Made by a program: the position numbers and the translations under genes
Notes under the pieces: model-generated
What the model was told of the DNA's origin: nothing
The model's database searches: none
Seen by the model: only the letters and a program-made list of their open reading frames with translations
Shown here: positions 37,138 through 47,679 of the stretch, piece after piece
How the letters are laid out: the number at the start of each line of letters is the position of its first letter
Numbering within the stretch: the first letter of the stretch is position 1
Assembly: GCA_003223135.1 (NCBI GenBank)
Contig: QHXX01000018.1
Coordinates: 65,904 to 129,903 of the forward strand
Length of the DNA stretch: 64,000 nucleotides
Source: Acidobacteriota bacterium
GTDB taxonomy: Bacteria > Acidobacteriota > Polarisedimenticolia > Gp22-AA2
Direction of reading: 5' to 3'

Positions 37138-38541
37138 ATGGCCGTCATACCGGGGGGTCGCCGGTCGTTGTCCCGGGGTCTCGCCGCGCTCGCGTTCATG
37201 GCGGTGGGTGCGGTGGCGGTCGTGTGCGCGGCACGCACAGGCGCCCCCGCCATACCGCTGTCCGGCCGGGCCGGCCCGACGCCGCGTAGCGCCGTCCTGT
37301 TCATCGGCGACGGGATGGGGCAGGCGTACGTGACGGTGACGCGAGTGGCGCGTGGCGGGTCGGGCGGACGGCTCCGCATGGACACGCTCCCGTACACCGC
37401 GCTCTGCCGCACCCATTCCAGCGACAGCCCGGTCACCGACTCGGCAGCCGCGGCGAGCGCGATGGCGTGCGGCCAGAAGACGGCGAACGGTGTCCTGTGC
37501 GAGGACGCCACGGCCATCTACGCGAAGCGGGACGGAAGAAAGCTCGAATCGATCGCGGTGTGGGCGAAGAAGAACGGCATGCACGTCGGGCTGGTGACGA
37601 CGACGACGGTGACGCACGCCACGCCGGCGGCGTTCTACGCGAACCACCGCGATCGCGAGGCCGAAGACGAGATCGCGAAGCAGACGATCGCGTCGGGCTT
37701 CGACCTGATCCTCGGCGGTGGGCGGACGTTTTTCGCCGAGGATTTGCGGGCCGAAGCGCGACGGCAAGGCTGGGAGATCGTGGAAACGGCCGACGAGCTT
37801 CGGGCGATCGATGACCCCGGCCGGCACGTCCTCGGCCTGTTCGCCGAAAGGCACCTTCCCTACCAGCCGGAGATCGAGGCCGGGCACAAGCAGACTGAAG
37901 CCGGCAAGACCGCGGAGGGCATGCCTGGAACGGCGGCAGGCGGCCTGGCGCGCGGAGGCGAGAGCCGGGACGCGACGCGTACGGCACCGACCCTCCCCGA
38001 GATGACGCGGTGGGCGGTCGACATCCTGAAGAAGAGCGACCGGCCGTTCTTCCTCATGGTCGAGGGCGGGAGGATCGACCACGCCGGGCACGCCAACTGG
38101 GCGCGGACGCTGGTGGACGAGACCGCCGCCTTCGACGAGGCGATCGGCTACGCCATCGACACGCTCGATCCGAAGACGACGCTGGTCCTGGTGACCGCCG
38201 ATCACGAGACGGGGGGTCTGGCGATGAACGGCTACCCGGATGAGAAGGACGGCATCTGGTCCCTCTACCGGGATCCTTTCGGCTCCAAGGGTGACGGGCC
38301 GTACCCGGTCATCACGTTCTCTAGCGGGCCGGGGACGACACGGCAGAAGCACGAGCCCCCGCACGGACCGGACGACCTGCGTCCTTCCGGGATTGCGCTC
38401 GAGAGCGCGGCCCACACGGGGGTCGACGTGACGCTCTATGCCTGGGGCGCGGGTGCGGAGGAGGTGCACGGCACGCTCGAGAACACCGCGATCTATTCGC
38501 TCCTCAGGGGCTACCTCGAAGGACGGCCGCCCGCGCGGTGA
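37138..38541 (+). CDS. Alkaline phosphatase
   Basis: FIGDGMG, VTDSAAAASA, THATPA, VEGGRIDHAGH, TADHETGG, HTG. Confidence 0.92.
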   Translation: MAVIPGGRRSLSRGLAALAFMAVGAVAVVCAARTGAPAIPLSGRAGPTPRSAVLFIGDGMGQAYVTVTRVARGGSGGRLRMDTLPYTALCRTHSSDSPVTDSAAAASAMACGQKTANGVLCEDATAIYAKRDGRKLESIAVWAKKNGMHVGLVTTTTVTHATPAAFYANHRDREAEDEIAKQTIASGFDLILGGGRTFFAEDLRAEARRQGWEIVETADELRAIDDPGRHVLGLFAERHLPYQPEIEAGHKQTEAGKTAEGMPGTAAGGLARGGESRDATRTAPTLPEMTRWAVDILKKSDRPFFLMVEGGRIDHAGHANWARTLVDETAAFDEAIGYAIDTLDPKTTLVLVTADHETGGLAMNGYPDEKDGIWSLYRDPFGSKGDGPYPVITFSSGPGTTRQKHEPPHGPDDLRPSGIALESAAHTGVDVTLYAWGAGAEEVHGTLENTAIYSLLRGYLEGRPPAR

Positions 38542-38609
38542 GCCTGACCGGGGTCCGGCCGGCGCGTGGGTGCGGGTCTGAACGTCGCGCCGGTCGCGGG
38601 GGACGTTCC

Positions 38610-39473
38610 TCAGAAGGCGGCCCGCGCGATCGACTCTCCGCGCGCGTCGTTCGCCATCCGGTGGAACGCGCGCCGGTACCCCGCGAGAACCAGGAGGCTG
38701 AGGCCGAAGGTCGCGACGATCGTGGCACCCGTCGGGAGGTCGAGCAGGAACGAGAAGGAGACCCCCGCCGCCGACACGAGGGTTCCCATGGTCCACCCGA
38801 TCGCGAGACGCGGTCCCAGCCTTTCGGCAAAAAACATCGCGGCCACGGAGGGAACGATGAGGAAGCAGAAGACCAGCAGCACGCCCGCGATGGCCACGGA
38901 GGACGTGACCACGAAGCCGAACGAGACGTAGAAGAGGAAGTCCCAGAATTTCACATTCCATCCGCGCCTCTCGGCTTCCGCCTCGTTCATCGAAATGAGC
39001 AGGAACCGCTCCCGAAAGATGTAGTGGAAGGCGCCGACAAGAGAGTAGAGGACGGCGGTCTTGAAGAGCTCCGGCCAGGTCACCGACAGAATGTTCCCTA
39101 CCAGCATCTCCTTCAGGTGCTCGGTCTCCTGGGTCGCCTTGGACATCAGCAGGATCGCCACGGCGGCCGAGACGACATAGACGATGCCGATGATCGCTTC
39201 CTGCGGGATGCGCGTCTTTCGGTGGACCCTCGTGACGGCGAAGATCGCCGCCCCCAGGAACGTGAATCCGAGCGAAAAGAGGTAGGCTCCGGTCTCGTGC
39301 AGGTCGTACCCTGCCAGATAGGCGACGGTCGTGCCGAGCGCCGCGATCTGCGCGAGCGACAAGTCGACGAAGATGACGCCGCGCTCGACAACGTGCACGC
39401 CGAGGTAGGCGTGAATCCCGGTCAGGATCAGGCTGGCCACGAAAGCCGGCAGAAGGATCTCAAAGATGGTCAT
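38610..39473 (-). CDS. Metal (Zn/Mn) ABC transporter permease
   Basis: HAYLGVHVVERGVIFVDLSLAQIAALG, EAIIG, LVGNIL, GVLLVFCFLIVP. Confidence 0.88.
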   Translation of the reverse strand: MTIFEILLPAFVASLILTGIHAYLGVHVVERGVIFVDLSLAQIAALGTTVAYLAGYDLHETGAYLFSLGFTFLGAAIFAVTRVHRKTRIPQEAIIGIVYVVSAAVAILLMSKATQETEHLKEMLVGNILSVTWPELFKTAVLYSLVGAFHYIFRERFLLISMNEAEAERRGWNVKFWDFLFYVSFGFVVTSSVAIAGVLLVFCFLIVPSVAAMFFAERLGPRLAIGWTMGTLVSAAGVSFSFLLDLPTGATIVATFGLSLLVLAGYRRAFHRMANDARGESIARAAF

Positions 39474-40399
39474 GGTTTGCCCTTCATGGCGCTGACGAAA
39501 GCGTCGATATCGTAATCGAAGAGCGCGAAGTAGTCCTTGATCTCCGGCAATCCACCCACCGAGGGATAGAAGCTCAGGACGGTCGCGCCCGTCTTCTCCG
39601 CGATGAACTTGGGGGTCTTGAGATCGAAGTAGGGCTCGACGAGGATCAGACGGATCTTCTCTGTCATGATCAGATTGATGATCTCCAGCGTGTGTGTCGG
39701 AGAGGGGGGGATGCCGGGCTTCGGCTCGACGTGTCCGGCGATGATGAGGCCGTAGCGGCGGGCGAAATTCGGCCACGAGTCGTGGAAGGTCACGATCTTG
39801 GTTGCAGCGTACGGCGCCATCTTCCCGGCCCATTCCTTTTCCTTCTCGGTGAGCCTGCCTTCGAAGGCCGCGAGATTGGCCGCGTAGGCTTCGCGGCCCG
39901 ACGGATCGAGTTCGGCCAGCTTCGCGGCGATCGACCGCGCGATGATGCGGCCGTTCTCGGGATCGGTCCAGTAATGTGGATTCCCGTAGGGGTGAACGTC
40001 GCCGAACGCGCGTGTCACCTGCTGCGTGGGGCGATTCAGGATTTCGCAGCCGGTCGACGCATCGAGGTACCCGGGCGACCCGGGGTGGATCTTTGCGTTG
40101 CGGCTTTGATCGAGGAGCGGCGGGAGATAGCCGATCTCCAGCTCGAGTCCAGCGACGATCAGCGCGTCGGCTCTCGAGAGCTTCAGGATGAACGACGGCT
40201 TGGCATCGACGAAGTGGGGGTCCTGGTACCCCTTCACGAGGGCGAGAGTCTCGACGCGATCCCCGCCGACCAGGTCGGCCAGCGAGGCGAGGTCCTGCAG
40301 GGTCGTCACGACTTTGAGCTTGGCGAAAGCCGGTGATTCCGGAAGTCCCAGAAGGGCCAGGGCGAGACCGGCGACGGCGAGCTTCGTTGGTTTCATCAT
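39470..40399 (-). CDS. Metal (Zn/Mn) ABC transporter substrate-binding protein
   Basis: Signal peptide; QDPHF, GLELE, GDVHPYGNPHYWTDP, FHDSW, EPKPGIPPSPTH. Confidence 0.92.
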   Translation of the reverse strand: MMKPTKLAVAGLALALLGLPESPAFAKLKVVTTLQDLASLADLVGGDRVETLALVKGYQDPHFVDAKPSFILKLSRADALIVAGLELEIGYLPPLLDQSRNAKIHPGSPGYLDASTGCEILNRPTQQVTRAFGDVHPYGNPHYWTDPENGRIIARSIAAKLAELDPSGREAYAANLAAFEGRLTEKEKEWAGKMAPYAATKIVTFHDSWPNFARRYGLIIAGHVEPKPGIPPSPTHTLEIINLIMTEKIRLILVEPYFDLKTPKFIAEKTGATVLSFYPSVGGLPEIKDYFALFDYDIDAFVSAMKGKP

Positions 40400-40406
40400 G
40401 AACTCC

Positions 40407-41756
40407 TTAGAACGGGTGGGCGCCATGGGCGCCGATCGCGAACTGGATCTGAAGAAGCAGCTCATCGGCGGTCTCTCCATCGGCGTACTCGCGGCGTCGA
40501 AGCTCGCCACGAACCTGGGAGAACTCGCTCGGCCAGAACGTCAGAAGAAGAGCCTTGCCTCGGTCTCTTTGCGTGGCATCGTCGGCATGCTCCGACGACT
40601 CGATGCGCGCCCCCGTGAACCAGCGCTTCGCGAGCTGGTACTCGCCGGAGAGGAACCAGCCCTCGGCGCCCTGGTCTCCGAGCGGATCTTCGCGCCGGCT
40701 CCGGATCAACTCACCCCTGAAAGAGGCGGAGCGGTACGTCGCCGTTCGCAACGGCTTCCAGCGCAGAGTGGCGTCGAGGCCCTCGAGGCGCGTCGCGGAC
40801 CGCGACGTCAGTCCGTTCGGTCCCAGGCCATAGGAGAGTCCGACCTCGAGATTCGTCGCCTCGCTCAGGTCGCGGAAGACCCTGTAGTGCCCGTTGTAGG
40901 CGAGATCGCCCCTCTGGGTGGCCGCGAACAGCTCTCCCGAGTCGCCTCGTAAGACCTGCAACGTCGCCTCTGAGAAGACCTCTCCCGGAAGCGGCACGAG
41001 GACCGCGACAGAGAGACCCGTGCCGATCCAGCCCTCTTCGCCCCCGAGAAGGTTCACGAGAGGCAGAGGCTCATCAGGCCAGGGAAGGACGTGGAGGTGC
41101 AGCGGATTGATCTTCCCGAAGGCGGTCCGCATCCGTCCGACCTTCGCGAGGAGCCCGGCGGGGAGAGAGGTGAAGGAGATGAAACCTTCTTCGACGTCGA
41201 CCCCCTCCTCGCCGAAGGAAAGGAAGAAGTCGGCGCGCGCGTACGGATCGACGATAGCCTGAAAAGAGACCTCCGACTCGCGCAGGCTCGAGCTCGGCAG
41301 GTTTTCCGTGCCGTTGCTGCCGCCGACGCCCAGGTAGTTGCCGATCACGGAGATGCTGGGATTGAAATAGTTGGAAGTCTGCGAGGCCGCCGCGGGGGGC
41401 GCGGCCGGCAGGCCCGGTGCCGGCGGCGGTGAAGGGATCGCGGACGCCGTCTCTCCCGGCGCTGCACCGAGTGCCATCCCCTGGCCCGACGCGAGCCCGG
41501 CGCGCAGCTGGTCGCGCAGCGTCTGGATCTGCCTCCTCAGTTCTTCGATCTCGCGCCTTAGGGCCTCGACCTCCTCCGCCGTGGGCGGGGCCGAAACCTT
41601 CACAGGTGGCTGTGAGGGGGCCGCCGGCGGGCTTCCCTGCGCCTGCGGGGCGCTCGGGGCCGAGGGCTGCGCGGCCTTTTCGTCGGCGCAAACCGCGGGG
41701 TGCAGGCCGAACCCAAAGATGATCGCCATCGCCGTGGACGACGTTCTGGATTTCAT
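40407..41756 (-). CDS. Outer-membrane beta-barrel protein of metal-uptake loci (coiled-coil/Pro-rich N-terminus, C-terminal GAHGAHPF)
   Basis: Signal peptide, FNPSISVIG, VDPY, FGKINPLHLH, terminal IGAHGAHPF; GGAGGG RBS. Confidence 0.75.
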   Translation of the reverse strand: MKSRTSSTAMAIIFGFGLHPAVCADEKAAQPSAPSAPQAQGSPPAAPSQPPVKVSAPPTAEEVEALRREIEELRRQIQTLRDQLRAGLASGQGMALGAAPGETASAIPSPPPAPGLPAAPPAAASQTSNYFNPSISVIGNYLGVGGSNGTENLPSSSLRESEVSFQAIVDPYARADFFLSFGEEGVDVEEGFISFTSLPAGLLAKVGRMRTAFGKINPLHLHVLPWPDEPLPLVNLLGGEEGWIGTGLSVAVLVPLPGEVFSEATLQVLRGDSGELFAATQRGDLAYNGHYRVFRDLSEATNLEVGLSYGLGPNGLTSRSATRLEGLDATLRWKPLRTATYRSASFRGELIRSRREDPLGDQGAEGWFLSGEYQLAKRWFTGARIESSEHADDATQRDRGKALLLTFWPSEFSQVRGELRRREYADGETADELLLQIQFAIGAHGAHPF

Positions 41757-41862
41757 AATCCCTCCGCAGAGACCAAGTCGCTCAACATCGGCACGGTCCG
41801 GCGGTTCACTTCGGTCCCCTTGCGGTTCAGGACGGGACCGGCAGGACCGCGCCGCGAATGCC

Positions 41863-42150
41863 TCAGAGGACGGGGGACCCCGGGGGGGCGCGCAGAGGCC
41901 TGAGATAGCGGGTGGCGGTGCCGAGGGGTGCCGGCGGGGGGAGCGCTGCGATCTCGGACGGTTCCCACGCCGGGCGGCCGGGGCCTTCCGGGGAGTGGGC
42001 CACTCCGGGAGAGTTGAGTGCCTTGCAGGTGGAGCAGTCGCGCTGCGCCGCGCTGTGCGGTGCCGCGGCATGCAGAATCGAAACGGCAAGGAGCGCCAGA
42101 ACAACCACAGCGCACCAGGGGATCCAGCCTGCCCGCCTCGATGGCCGCAT
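41863..42150 (-). CDS. Small DUF2946/CutF-like leader protein with H/CxxC and a C-terminal RAPP motif
   Basis: TM/signal segment, H..PH..DCSTC, ends LRPLRAPPGSPVL; AAGGA RBS; own promoter. Confidence 0.8.
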   Translation of the reverse strand: MRPSRRAGWIPWCAVVVLALLAVSILHAAAPHSAAQRDCSTCKALNSPGVAHSPEGPGRPAWEPSEIAALPPPAPLGTATRYLRPLRAPPGSPVL

Positions 42151-42178
42151 CAACGGTTCCTTTTGCAGTGGGTCCGGC

Positions 42179-42207
42179 ATCGTACCGTACGCCCCGGGCA
42201 TTGTCAA
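42179..42207 (-). promoter_or_regulatory. Sigma-70 promoter of the RAPP/metal-uptake operon
   Basis: Minus strand TTGACA-17 nt-TACGAT, about 30 nt upstream of ATG 42150. Confidence 0.78.
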
Positions 42208-42219
42208 AGGGCCCGGTCG

Positions 42220-43029
42220 TCAGCGGACAGGTGCGATCGGCACGATGAACGGGGCGCCCGATTCCGCGTCCCGCTCGATCCGGGCGTCCGTTTCATACAC
42301 CCGACGGATGAGCTCGGAGGTCAGGACGGTGGCCGGCGGCCCGTCGGCGGCGACGCGACCACGATGCAGCAGCACGAGACGCGAGCCGTAGCGCGCCGCC
42401 AGGTTGAGGTCGTGGCTTGTCGTGACGACGGTCAACCCCTTCTCCCGGTTCAAACGAACCAGGATTTCGTAGATCTGGAGCCGGTGTTTGAGATCGAGGA
42501 AGGCCGTCGGCTCGTCCATCAGGAGAATGCGCGGCTCCTGGGACAGGGCGCGGGCGATGAGCGCACGCTGGCGTTCGCCGCTCGACATCTCCTGAAGATG
42601 CGCGCTCTCCAGGTCCGCCAGGTCCATTTCGCGCAGCGCCGCGCGCGCCGAAGCGAAGTCTTGCGGCCGCTCGAGCCTCCACGCTCCGAGATGCGGCGCC
42701 CGACCCATGAGCGCTATCTCCAGCACCGTGAAATCGAACAGGATCCGGGCCTCCTGGAACACCACCGCGACCATGCGGGCGCGCTCGCGCGGCGAGACGG
42801 ACCGCACGGGCCTGCCCCCGAGCGCCACCTCGCCTCCCTGCGGTGCGAGAACGCCGCTCAAGAGCATGAGGAGGGTCGTCTTCCCGGATCCGTTAGGCCC
42901 GATGACGCCCACGAACTCTCCCGGCCTCACGGCCAGGGACAGCCCGTCGAACAGAGGCCCCCTGGCCCCGCGGTGGCGGAACAGGAGATCGCGGACGGCC
43001 AGAATCGGCGCGGGGTTCGGGGAGGTCAC
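42220..43029 (-). CDS. ABC ATPase, FecE/BtuD/HmuV type
   Basis: GPNGSGKTT, MSSGERQR, LLMDEPT, SHDLNLA. Confidence 0.92.
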   Translation of the reverse strand: MTSPNPAPILAVRDLLFRHRGARGPLFDGLSLAVRPGEFVGVIGPNGSGKTTLLMLLSGVLAPQGGEVALGGRPVRSVSPRERARMVAVVFQEARILFDFTVLEIALMGRAPHLGAWRLERPQDFASARAALREMDLADLESAHLQEMSSGERQRALIARALSQEPRILLMDEPTAFLDLKHRLQIYEILVRLNREKGLTVVTTSHDLNLAARYGSRLVLLHRGRVAADGPPATVLTSELIRRVYETDARIERDAESGAPFIVPIAPVR

Positions 43030-43087
43030 GCCGTGCTGCTCCCCGTGGCCGGGATCCCGACACCATGCTCAAGGTTCAGGTGCGCGG

Positions 43088-44104
43088 TCATTGAAAGTAC
43101 CCCCCTCCCGCCTGCCTGCGGTACAGCCAGAGAAAGAACGGTCCGCCGCACAGCGCTGTGACGACGCCGACCGGAATCTCGGTCGGCGCCATCACGGTCC
43201 GGGCGAGGGTGTCGGCGAATATCAGGAAGATGGCGCCTGTGAGCGCCGACGCGGGGACGAGGAGCCTATGGTCGGGGCCGAACATGAGACGCGCCGAGTG
43301 CGGCACGATCAGGCCGACGAAGCCGATCGGTCCGGCCACCGAGACGACGGCGGCGGTGATCAATGACGCCAGGATCACGGTCACGACGCGCGTCCTCTCG
43401 ACCGTGACGCCGAGTGAGCGGGCGGCCTCCTCACCCGCGGACATCAAATTCAGATCGCGACCATAGGAGGCGAGGCCGAGGAGGCTCAGGACCAGGACCA
43501 CCGAAAGGGCGGCGATGAGCCCGTACTCCTCGATCGGGATGGTCCCGATCATCCACAGCCGCACGCCGTGCAGGCGCGAGGATTCGACGACCGTCTCGAT
43601 CAGGAGGATGAGGGCCAGGTAGACGGTGTTCATGATGACGCCGATGAGGAGCATCGGGTAGGGGACGACCCGTCCGCGCGCGCTCGACAGCACAAAGAGG
43701 ACCGCCACGGTGGCGATCGCCCCGAGGAAGGCGGCCGCCTCCCGTACCGGCAGGACCGGTGCGATGGCCGGCAGGCCCAGCGCCGTTGCGGCAAAGGCGC
43801 CAAGGGCCGCGCCGCCCGAGACTCCCAGGATGTAAGGGTCGGCGAGCGGGTTGCGCAGGTCCGCCTGAAACACGGCGCCGGCCGCGCCGAGCGCCGCACC
43901 GGCGAGCGCGGCCATCAGGATGCGCGGCAGACGCACGCGCAGGATCATCGCCTGCGCGGTCTCCTCGTCGGCCGCGTGCCGCAGCAGATCGAGAAGCGTG
44001 TAGCGACTGCTCCCGAGACTGGCGCAGACCGCCACGGAGAGCGCGAGCGCGGCCAGGAGCGCGCCGATCGACAGCGCCAGGCGCCGCGAGGTGAGGGGCG
44101 GCAT
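43088..44104 (-). CDS. FecCD/BtuC-type ABC permease
   Basis: RLPR, RNPLADPYILGVSGGA, GEEAARSLG, IGFVGLIVPH, EIPVG. Confidence 0.93.
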   Translation of the reverse strand: MPPLTSRRLALSIGALLAALALSVAVCASLGSSRYTLLDLLRHAADEETAQAMILRVRLPRILMAALAGAALGAAGAVFQADLRNPLADPYILGVSGGAALGAFAATALGLPAIAPVLPVREAAAFLGAIATVAVLFVLSSARGRVVPYPMLLIGVIMNTVYLALILLIETVVESSRLHGVRLWMIGTIPIEEYGLIAALSVVLVLSLLGLASYGRDLNLMSAGEEAARSLGVTVERTRVVTVILASLITAAVVSVAGPIGFVGLIVPHSARLMFGPDHRLLVPASALTGAIFLIFADTLARTVMAPTEIPVGVVTALCGGPFFLWLYRRQAGGGYFQ

Positions 44105-45222
44105 CAGGAGCCGAGGTCGGAGCGGATCTTGAACAGCTGCATGACGTCCCGACGACTGAGAATGCCGGCGATCCGGCCCCCCACGACCACCGGCAGGCGA
44201 CCCACGACGCCGCGCACCATGCCCTCGAGGGCCGTCGCGCAGTCGTCATCCGGGTCGAGCGGCCGCAGGCTGGCCGCCGGCGTCATGATCTGCCGCACCG
44301 GCGTGCGGTTCCATTCTTCGCGCGGCACCCCTTTGAGCTGATCGAGGGACACCATGCCGGCAAACCTGTCTCCCGAGGTGACCGGGAAGCTGCCGCGTGG
44401 GTGGCGGAAGAAGTATTCGTTCGCCAGCTCTTCGAGACTGGCGTGCTCTGGCACCGTGATGACCGGCTGCGTCATGATGTGCCGCACCCGGTAGCCCGAC
44501 AGGGTGTCCCGCAGGAGGAGAAACTCGTAGGAGGCCGAGGCCGCCTGATTCAGGAAGATCCCGATGACCATCAGCCAGAGCCCGCCGAGGTTGTGGTTCT
44601 TCACGAGTTGCAGAAACCCCAGGCCCATGAGGCCGAAGCCGACGACCGAGCCGGCCCGGCCCGCGGTCCGTGTCGCCGACAACAGGTTGCCGCTCCGGGC
44701 CCACAGCCAGGCGCGGAGGATCCGCCCGCCGTCCAGCGGAAAGCCGGGCAGAAGGTTGAACAGGCCGAGCGCCAGGTTCAGCGCGGCGACATAATCCACG
44801 ACCTGCCGCCCTCCGTTGATGAGAGACGGCAGACCCGTGACAGAGAGAAGGTAGAACAAAATTGCCAGCGCGAAGCTTGTCAAAGGCCCTGCGGCGGCGA
44901 TGCGCACCTCGGTCCCGGGGTTCTGCGGCTCCGACGCCATTTCCGACACCCCGCCGAACAGGAACAGGCGGATGCGCGGCACGGGGATCCCGGCACGCTG
45001 CGCCAGGAGAGCATGCGACAGTTCGTGGACGAGGACGGATCCGAACAGGAGAAGGGCCGCGACGACCCCCAGAATCCAGGCTGCGCCACCTTGAATCGGC
45101 GGATGCGCTTCGGGGAAGTAGCCGGTCGCCAGGCTCCACACGACCAGGAAGAAGATGAACAGCCAGCTCGGGTCGATCACGACGCGGATGCCGACGATGT
45201 TCATCAGGTTGAAGCCGCGCAT
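44104..45222 (-). CDS. Site-2 protease (M50) with tandem CBS domains
   Basis: HELSH, AGP, FNLLPGFPLDGG, C-terminal CBS pair. Confidence 0.93.
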   Translation of the reverse strand: MRGFNLMNIVGIRVVIDPSWLFIFFLVVWSLATGYFPEAHPPIQGGAAWILGVVAALLLFGSVLVHELSHALLAQRAGIPVPRIRLFLFGGVSEMASEPQNPGTEVRIAAAGPLTSFALAILFYLLSVTGLPSLINGGRQVVDYVAALNLALGLFNLLPGFPLDGGRILRAWLWARSGNLLSATRTAGRAGSVVGFGLMGLGFLQLVKNHNLGGLWLMVIGIFLNQAASASYEFLLLRDTLSGYRVRHIMTQPVITVPEHASLEELANEYFFRHPRGSFPVTSGDRFAGMVSLDQLKGVPREEWNRTPVRQIMTPAASLRPLDPDDDCATALEGMVRGVVGRLPVVVGGRIAGILSRRDVMQLFKIRSDLGS

Positions 45223-45244
45223 GGGGGAAGTCTAACCCACCCCT

Positions 45245-46018
45245 TCAGGATCCCGAGACGATCCGTGCCAGGAGCTCCAGGACCGCGGCCGGGTCCGCGA
45301 GGCGCCATCGGGCGAGCGTACGCCGGTCAGTGGGGCCGACGCGAATGGTCGCACCGCGATCCCGAAGGACCCGGAAGCCGTCCTCATCGGTGGTGTCGTC
45401 GCCGACATAGACAGGGTACCAGGCGGGTCCGAAGCGCTCCAGCAGCCACAGGGCTCCCGATCCCTTGTCCGCTGCCGCCGGCTTCAGCTCCACGACGCGG
45501 GATCCCCGCAGGATCATCAGATTGCCGTCGTCCGTCACTTCCCGGCTGAAGCCTTCGAAAATCCGGGTCGCCCGCTCCTCCGATTCGTGATCGCAGCTTC
45601 GCATGTGAATTGCGATGGCCGCTCCCTTGTCCTCGATGCGCACGCACGGTACCGAGGCGAGGAGCGCCCGACAGCCCTCGGCCACCGTCTTCAGACGCGC
45701 GCGGCAGGGCGCGAGATCGACGCGATCGAGACACCGGCCTTCCGGGTCGACGTATTGCGCCCCGTGGAGCGCCAGCAGATGGCAGGCACTCCCCGGGAGG
45801 AGGCGCCGCAGGTCGTCCGCCGAGCGGCCGCTCACGATCACCACCCTGCGGCGCGGATGGGTCGTCAGACGATTGAGCAGAGCGAGCAATTCCGGGCCGG
45901 GGACGGCCCGCGAGGGGTCGTCGTGGAAGGGGACGAGTGTGCCGTCGTAATCGAGAAAGAGGAGAAGCCCGCGGTCGGCGGGCAGGAGACGGACGATCTC
46001 CTCCGGTGTCCGCGCCAT
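45245..46018 (-). CDS. otsB: Trehalose-6-phosphate phosphatase
   Basis: FLDYDGTL, VSGR, EDKG, DKG, GDDTTDED; follows otsA. Confidence 0.93.
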   Translation of the reverse strand: MARTPEEIVRLLPADRGLLLFLDYDGTLVPFHDDPSRAVPGPELLALLNRLTTHPRRRVVIVSGRSADDLRRLLPGSACHLLALHGAQYVDPEGRCLDRVDLAPCRARLKTVAEGCRALLASVPCVRIEDKGAAIAIHMRSCDHESEERATRIFEGFSREVTDDGNLMILRGSRVVELKPAAADKGSGALWLLERFGPAWYPVYVGDDTTDEDGFRVLRDRGATIRVGPTDRRTLARWRLADPAAVLELLARIVSGS

Positions 46019-46025
46019 CCTTCGG

Positions 46026-47537
46026 TCAGTTCGCCTCGCGGACGCCGAGGCGCCCGACGGGCTGAATCCAGGCGGCCGGCTCGAATGGGACGCCGGCCGG
46101 TCGCGCCGCGCCACGATGGACGTCCGAGCGAGCGAGAGAAAATCCGGCCGCCCTCAGGAACTCCCGGACCCACCAGTTGATGTCGCGGGACAGCACGCGG
46201 CTCCGCAACGCCTGCATCCGCTCCGTCTTTTCCTTCAAAGTCATGTCCATCGCACGGCGCAGCGTGTCGGCCACCTTCTCGAGATCGTAGGGGTTGACGA
46301 TCAGCGCCTCCTCCATCTCCTCGGCCGCGCCCGCCAGCTCGCTGACGATCAGCACCCCGTCGTTGCGGGTATGGCTGGCGACGTACTCCTTGGCCACCAG
46401 GTTCATCCCGTCCCGCAGGGGCGTGATCAGGGCCACGTCGGCCGCGGCGTAGAGAGCCGCAAGCGACTCTCGCGAGATCGACCTGTAGGAATAGCGGATC
46501 GGCACCCAGCTTCCCTCCGCGTAGAGGGCGTTCAGCCGTCCCGCAGTCTCGTCGATCTGTCTCCGGAGGAGGGCGTAATCATGCACGCGAGTGCGGCTCG
46601 GGACCGCAACCTGGACGAGAACCTGTCTGGAGCGGTTCTGGGAGTGTTTCTTGAGGAAAATCTCGTAGGCCAGGAAGCGTTCCAGGATCCCCTTGGTGTA
46701 GTCGAGGCGGTCCACCCCCAGGACGATCTGGTCCACTCCGAGGCTCTTGCGGAGCTGGTGCGCCTTGAGGAGGACGCCGGGTCGCCTCGCCAGGGTGTCA
46801 AACGCCTCGACGTCTGCTCCGATGGGACAGGCGATGATCCGCGGGTGCCGCCTCCCGAACTGTACTTCTCCCCTGGCTTCATTCACCGGAAGACCCAGCA
46901 GGACACGGCACGACTCGAGAAAGTGCCTGACGTAGTCTTGCGTGTGGAAGCCGATCAGGTCGGCCCCCAGCATTCCTTCCAGGATTTCGCGCGCCCAGGG
47001 CATGGCCTTGAAGACCCATGCGGGAGGAAAAGGGATGTGCCAGAAGAGCAGCGTCCTGAGGTGGGGCGCCAGCGTCCGAACCTGACCCGGGACGAGGGCA
47101 AGATGGTAGTCATGCACCCAGACGATGTCCCGGCGCGAAGCCTCGCGGACCGCCGCCCGGCTGAACTCCAGGTTGCAGCGCATGTAATCTCTGAAGAACA
47201 CGTGGTCGAAGCGGCACTTGTCGAGGAATCCGTGGCAAATGGGCCAGAGAACCCGGTTCGAGAAGCCATGGTAGTAGTTGGAGGCCGCCGCCTCGCTGAA
47301 CGGCAGGAGACGGAGTGAAAATGGCCCGCGCTCGTCCGTCAGAGCGGGGGGACGGCGCCGGCCCGGGGGCCTGTCGTCCCAGGCAATCCAGGTCCCTCCC
47401 TGGCTCCTGAGGACGGGCTCCAGGGCCGCGACCAGCCCGCCGGCGCTCCTGCGCGCCACGACCCGCCGGCGCACGACCGCCGTTGTGTAGGGACCGCGGT
47501 TGGAAAGAATGATCAGACGCGATGGGCCGAGCCGCAT
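46026..47537 (-). CDS. otsA: Trehalose-6-phosphate synthase (GT20)
   Basis: [40 protein letters not shown]. Confidence 0.95.
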   Translation of the reverse strand: MRLGPSRLIILSNRGPYTTAVVRRRVVARRSAGGLVAALEPVLRSQGGTWIAWDDRPPGRRRPPALTDERGPFSLRLLPFSEAAASNYYHGFSNRVLWPICHGFLDKCRFDHVFFRDYMRCNLEFSRAAVREASRRDIVWVHDYHLALVPGQVRTLAPHLRTLLFWHIPFPPAWVFKAMPWAREILEGMLGADLIGFHTQDYVRHFLESCRVLLGLPVNEARGEVQFGRRHPRIIACPIGADVEAFDTLARRPGVLLKAHQLRKSLGVDQIVLGVDRLDYTKGILERFLAYEIFLKKHSQNRSRQVLVQVAVPSRTRVHDYALLRRQIDETAGRLNALYAEGSWVPIRYSYRSISRESLAALYAAADVALITPLRDGMNLVAKEYVASHTRNDGVLIVSELAGAAEEMEEALIVNPYDLEKVADTLRRAMDMTLKEKTERMQALRSRVLSRDINWWVREFLRAAGFSLARSDVHRGAARPAGVPFEPAAWIQPVGRLGVREAN

Positions 47538-47679
47538 GATGGGTTCGTCCTCCGTTCGCGCGATTGTTGAAGGTGACTGATGATATCACAACCCGGCCGG
47601 CCCGACCGCTCCAGGACCCTACCGGGCGGCGGGCGATGATGCTAAATTGGTCTGCCGATCGGCGGCAGAGGAGTGATCC

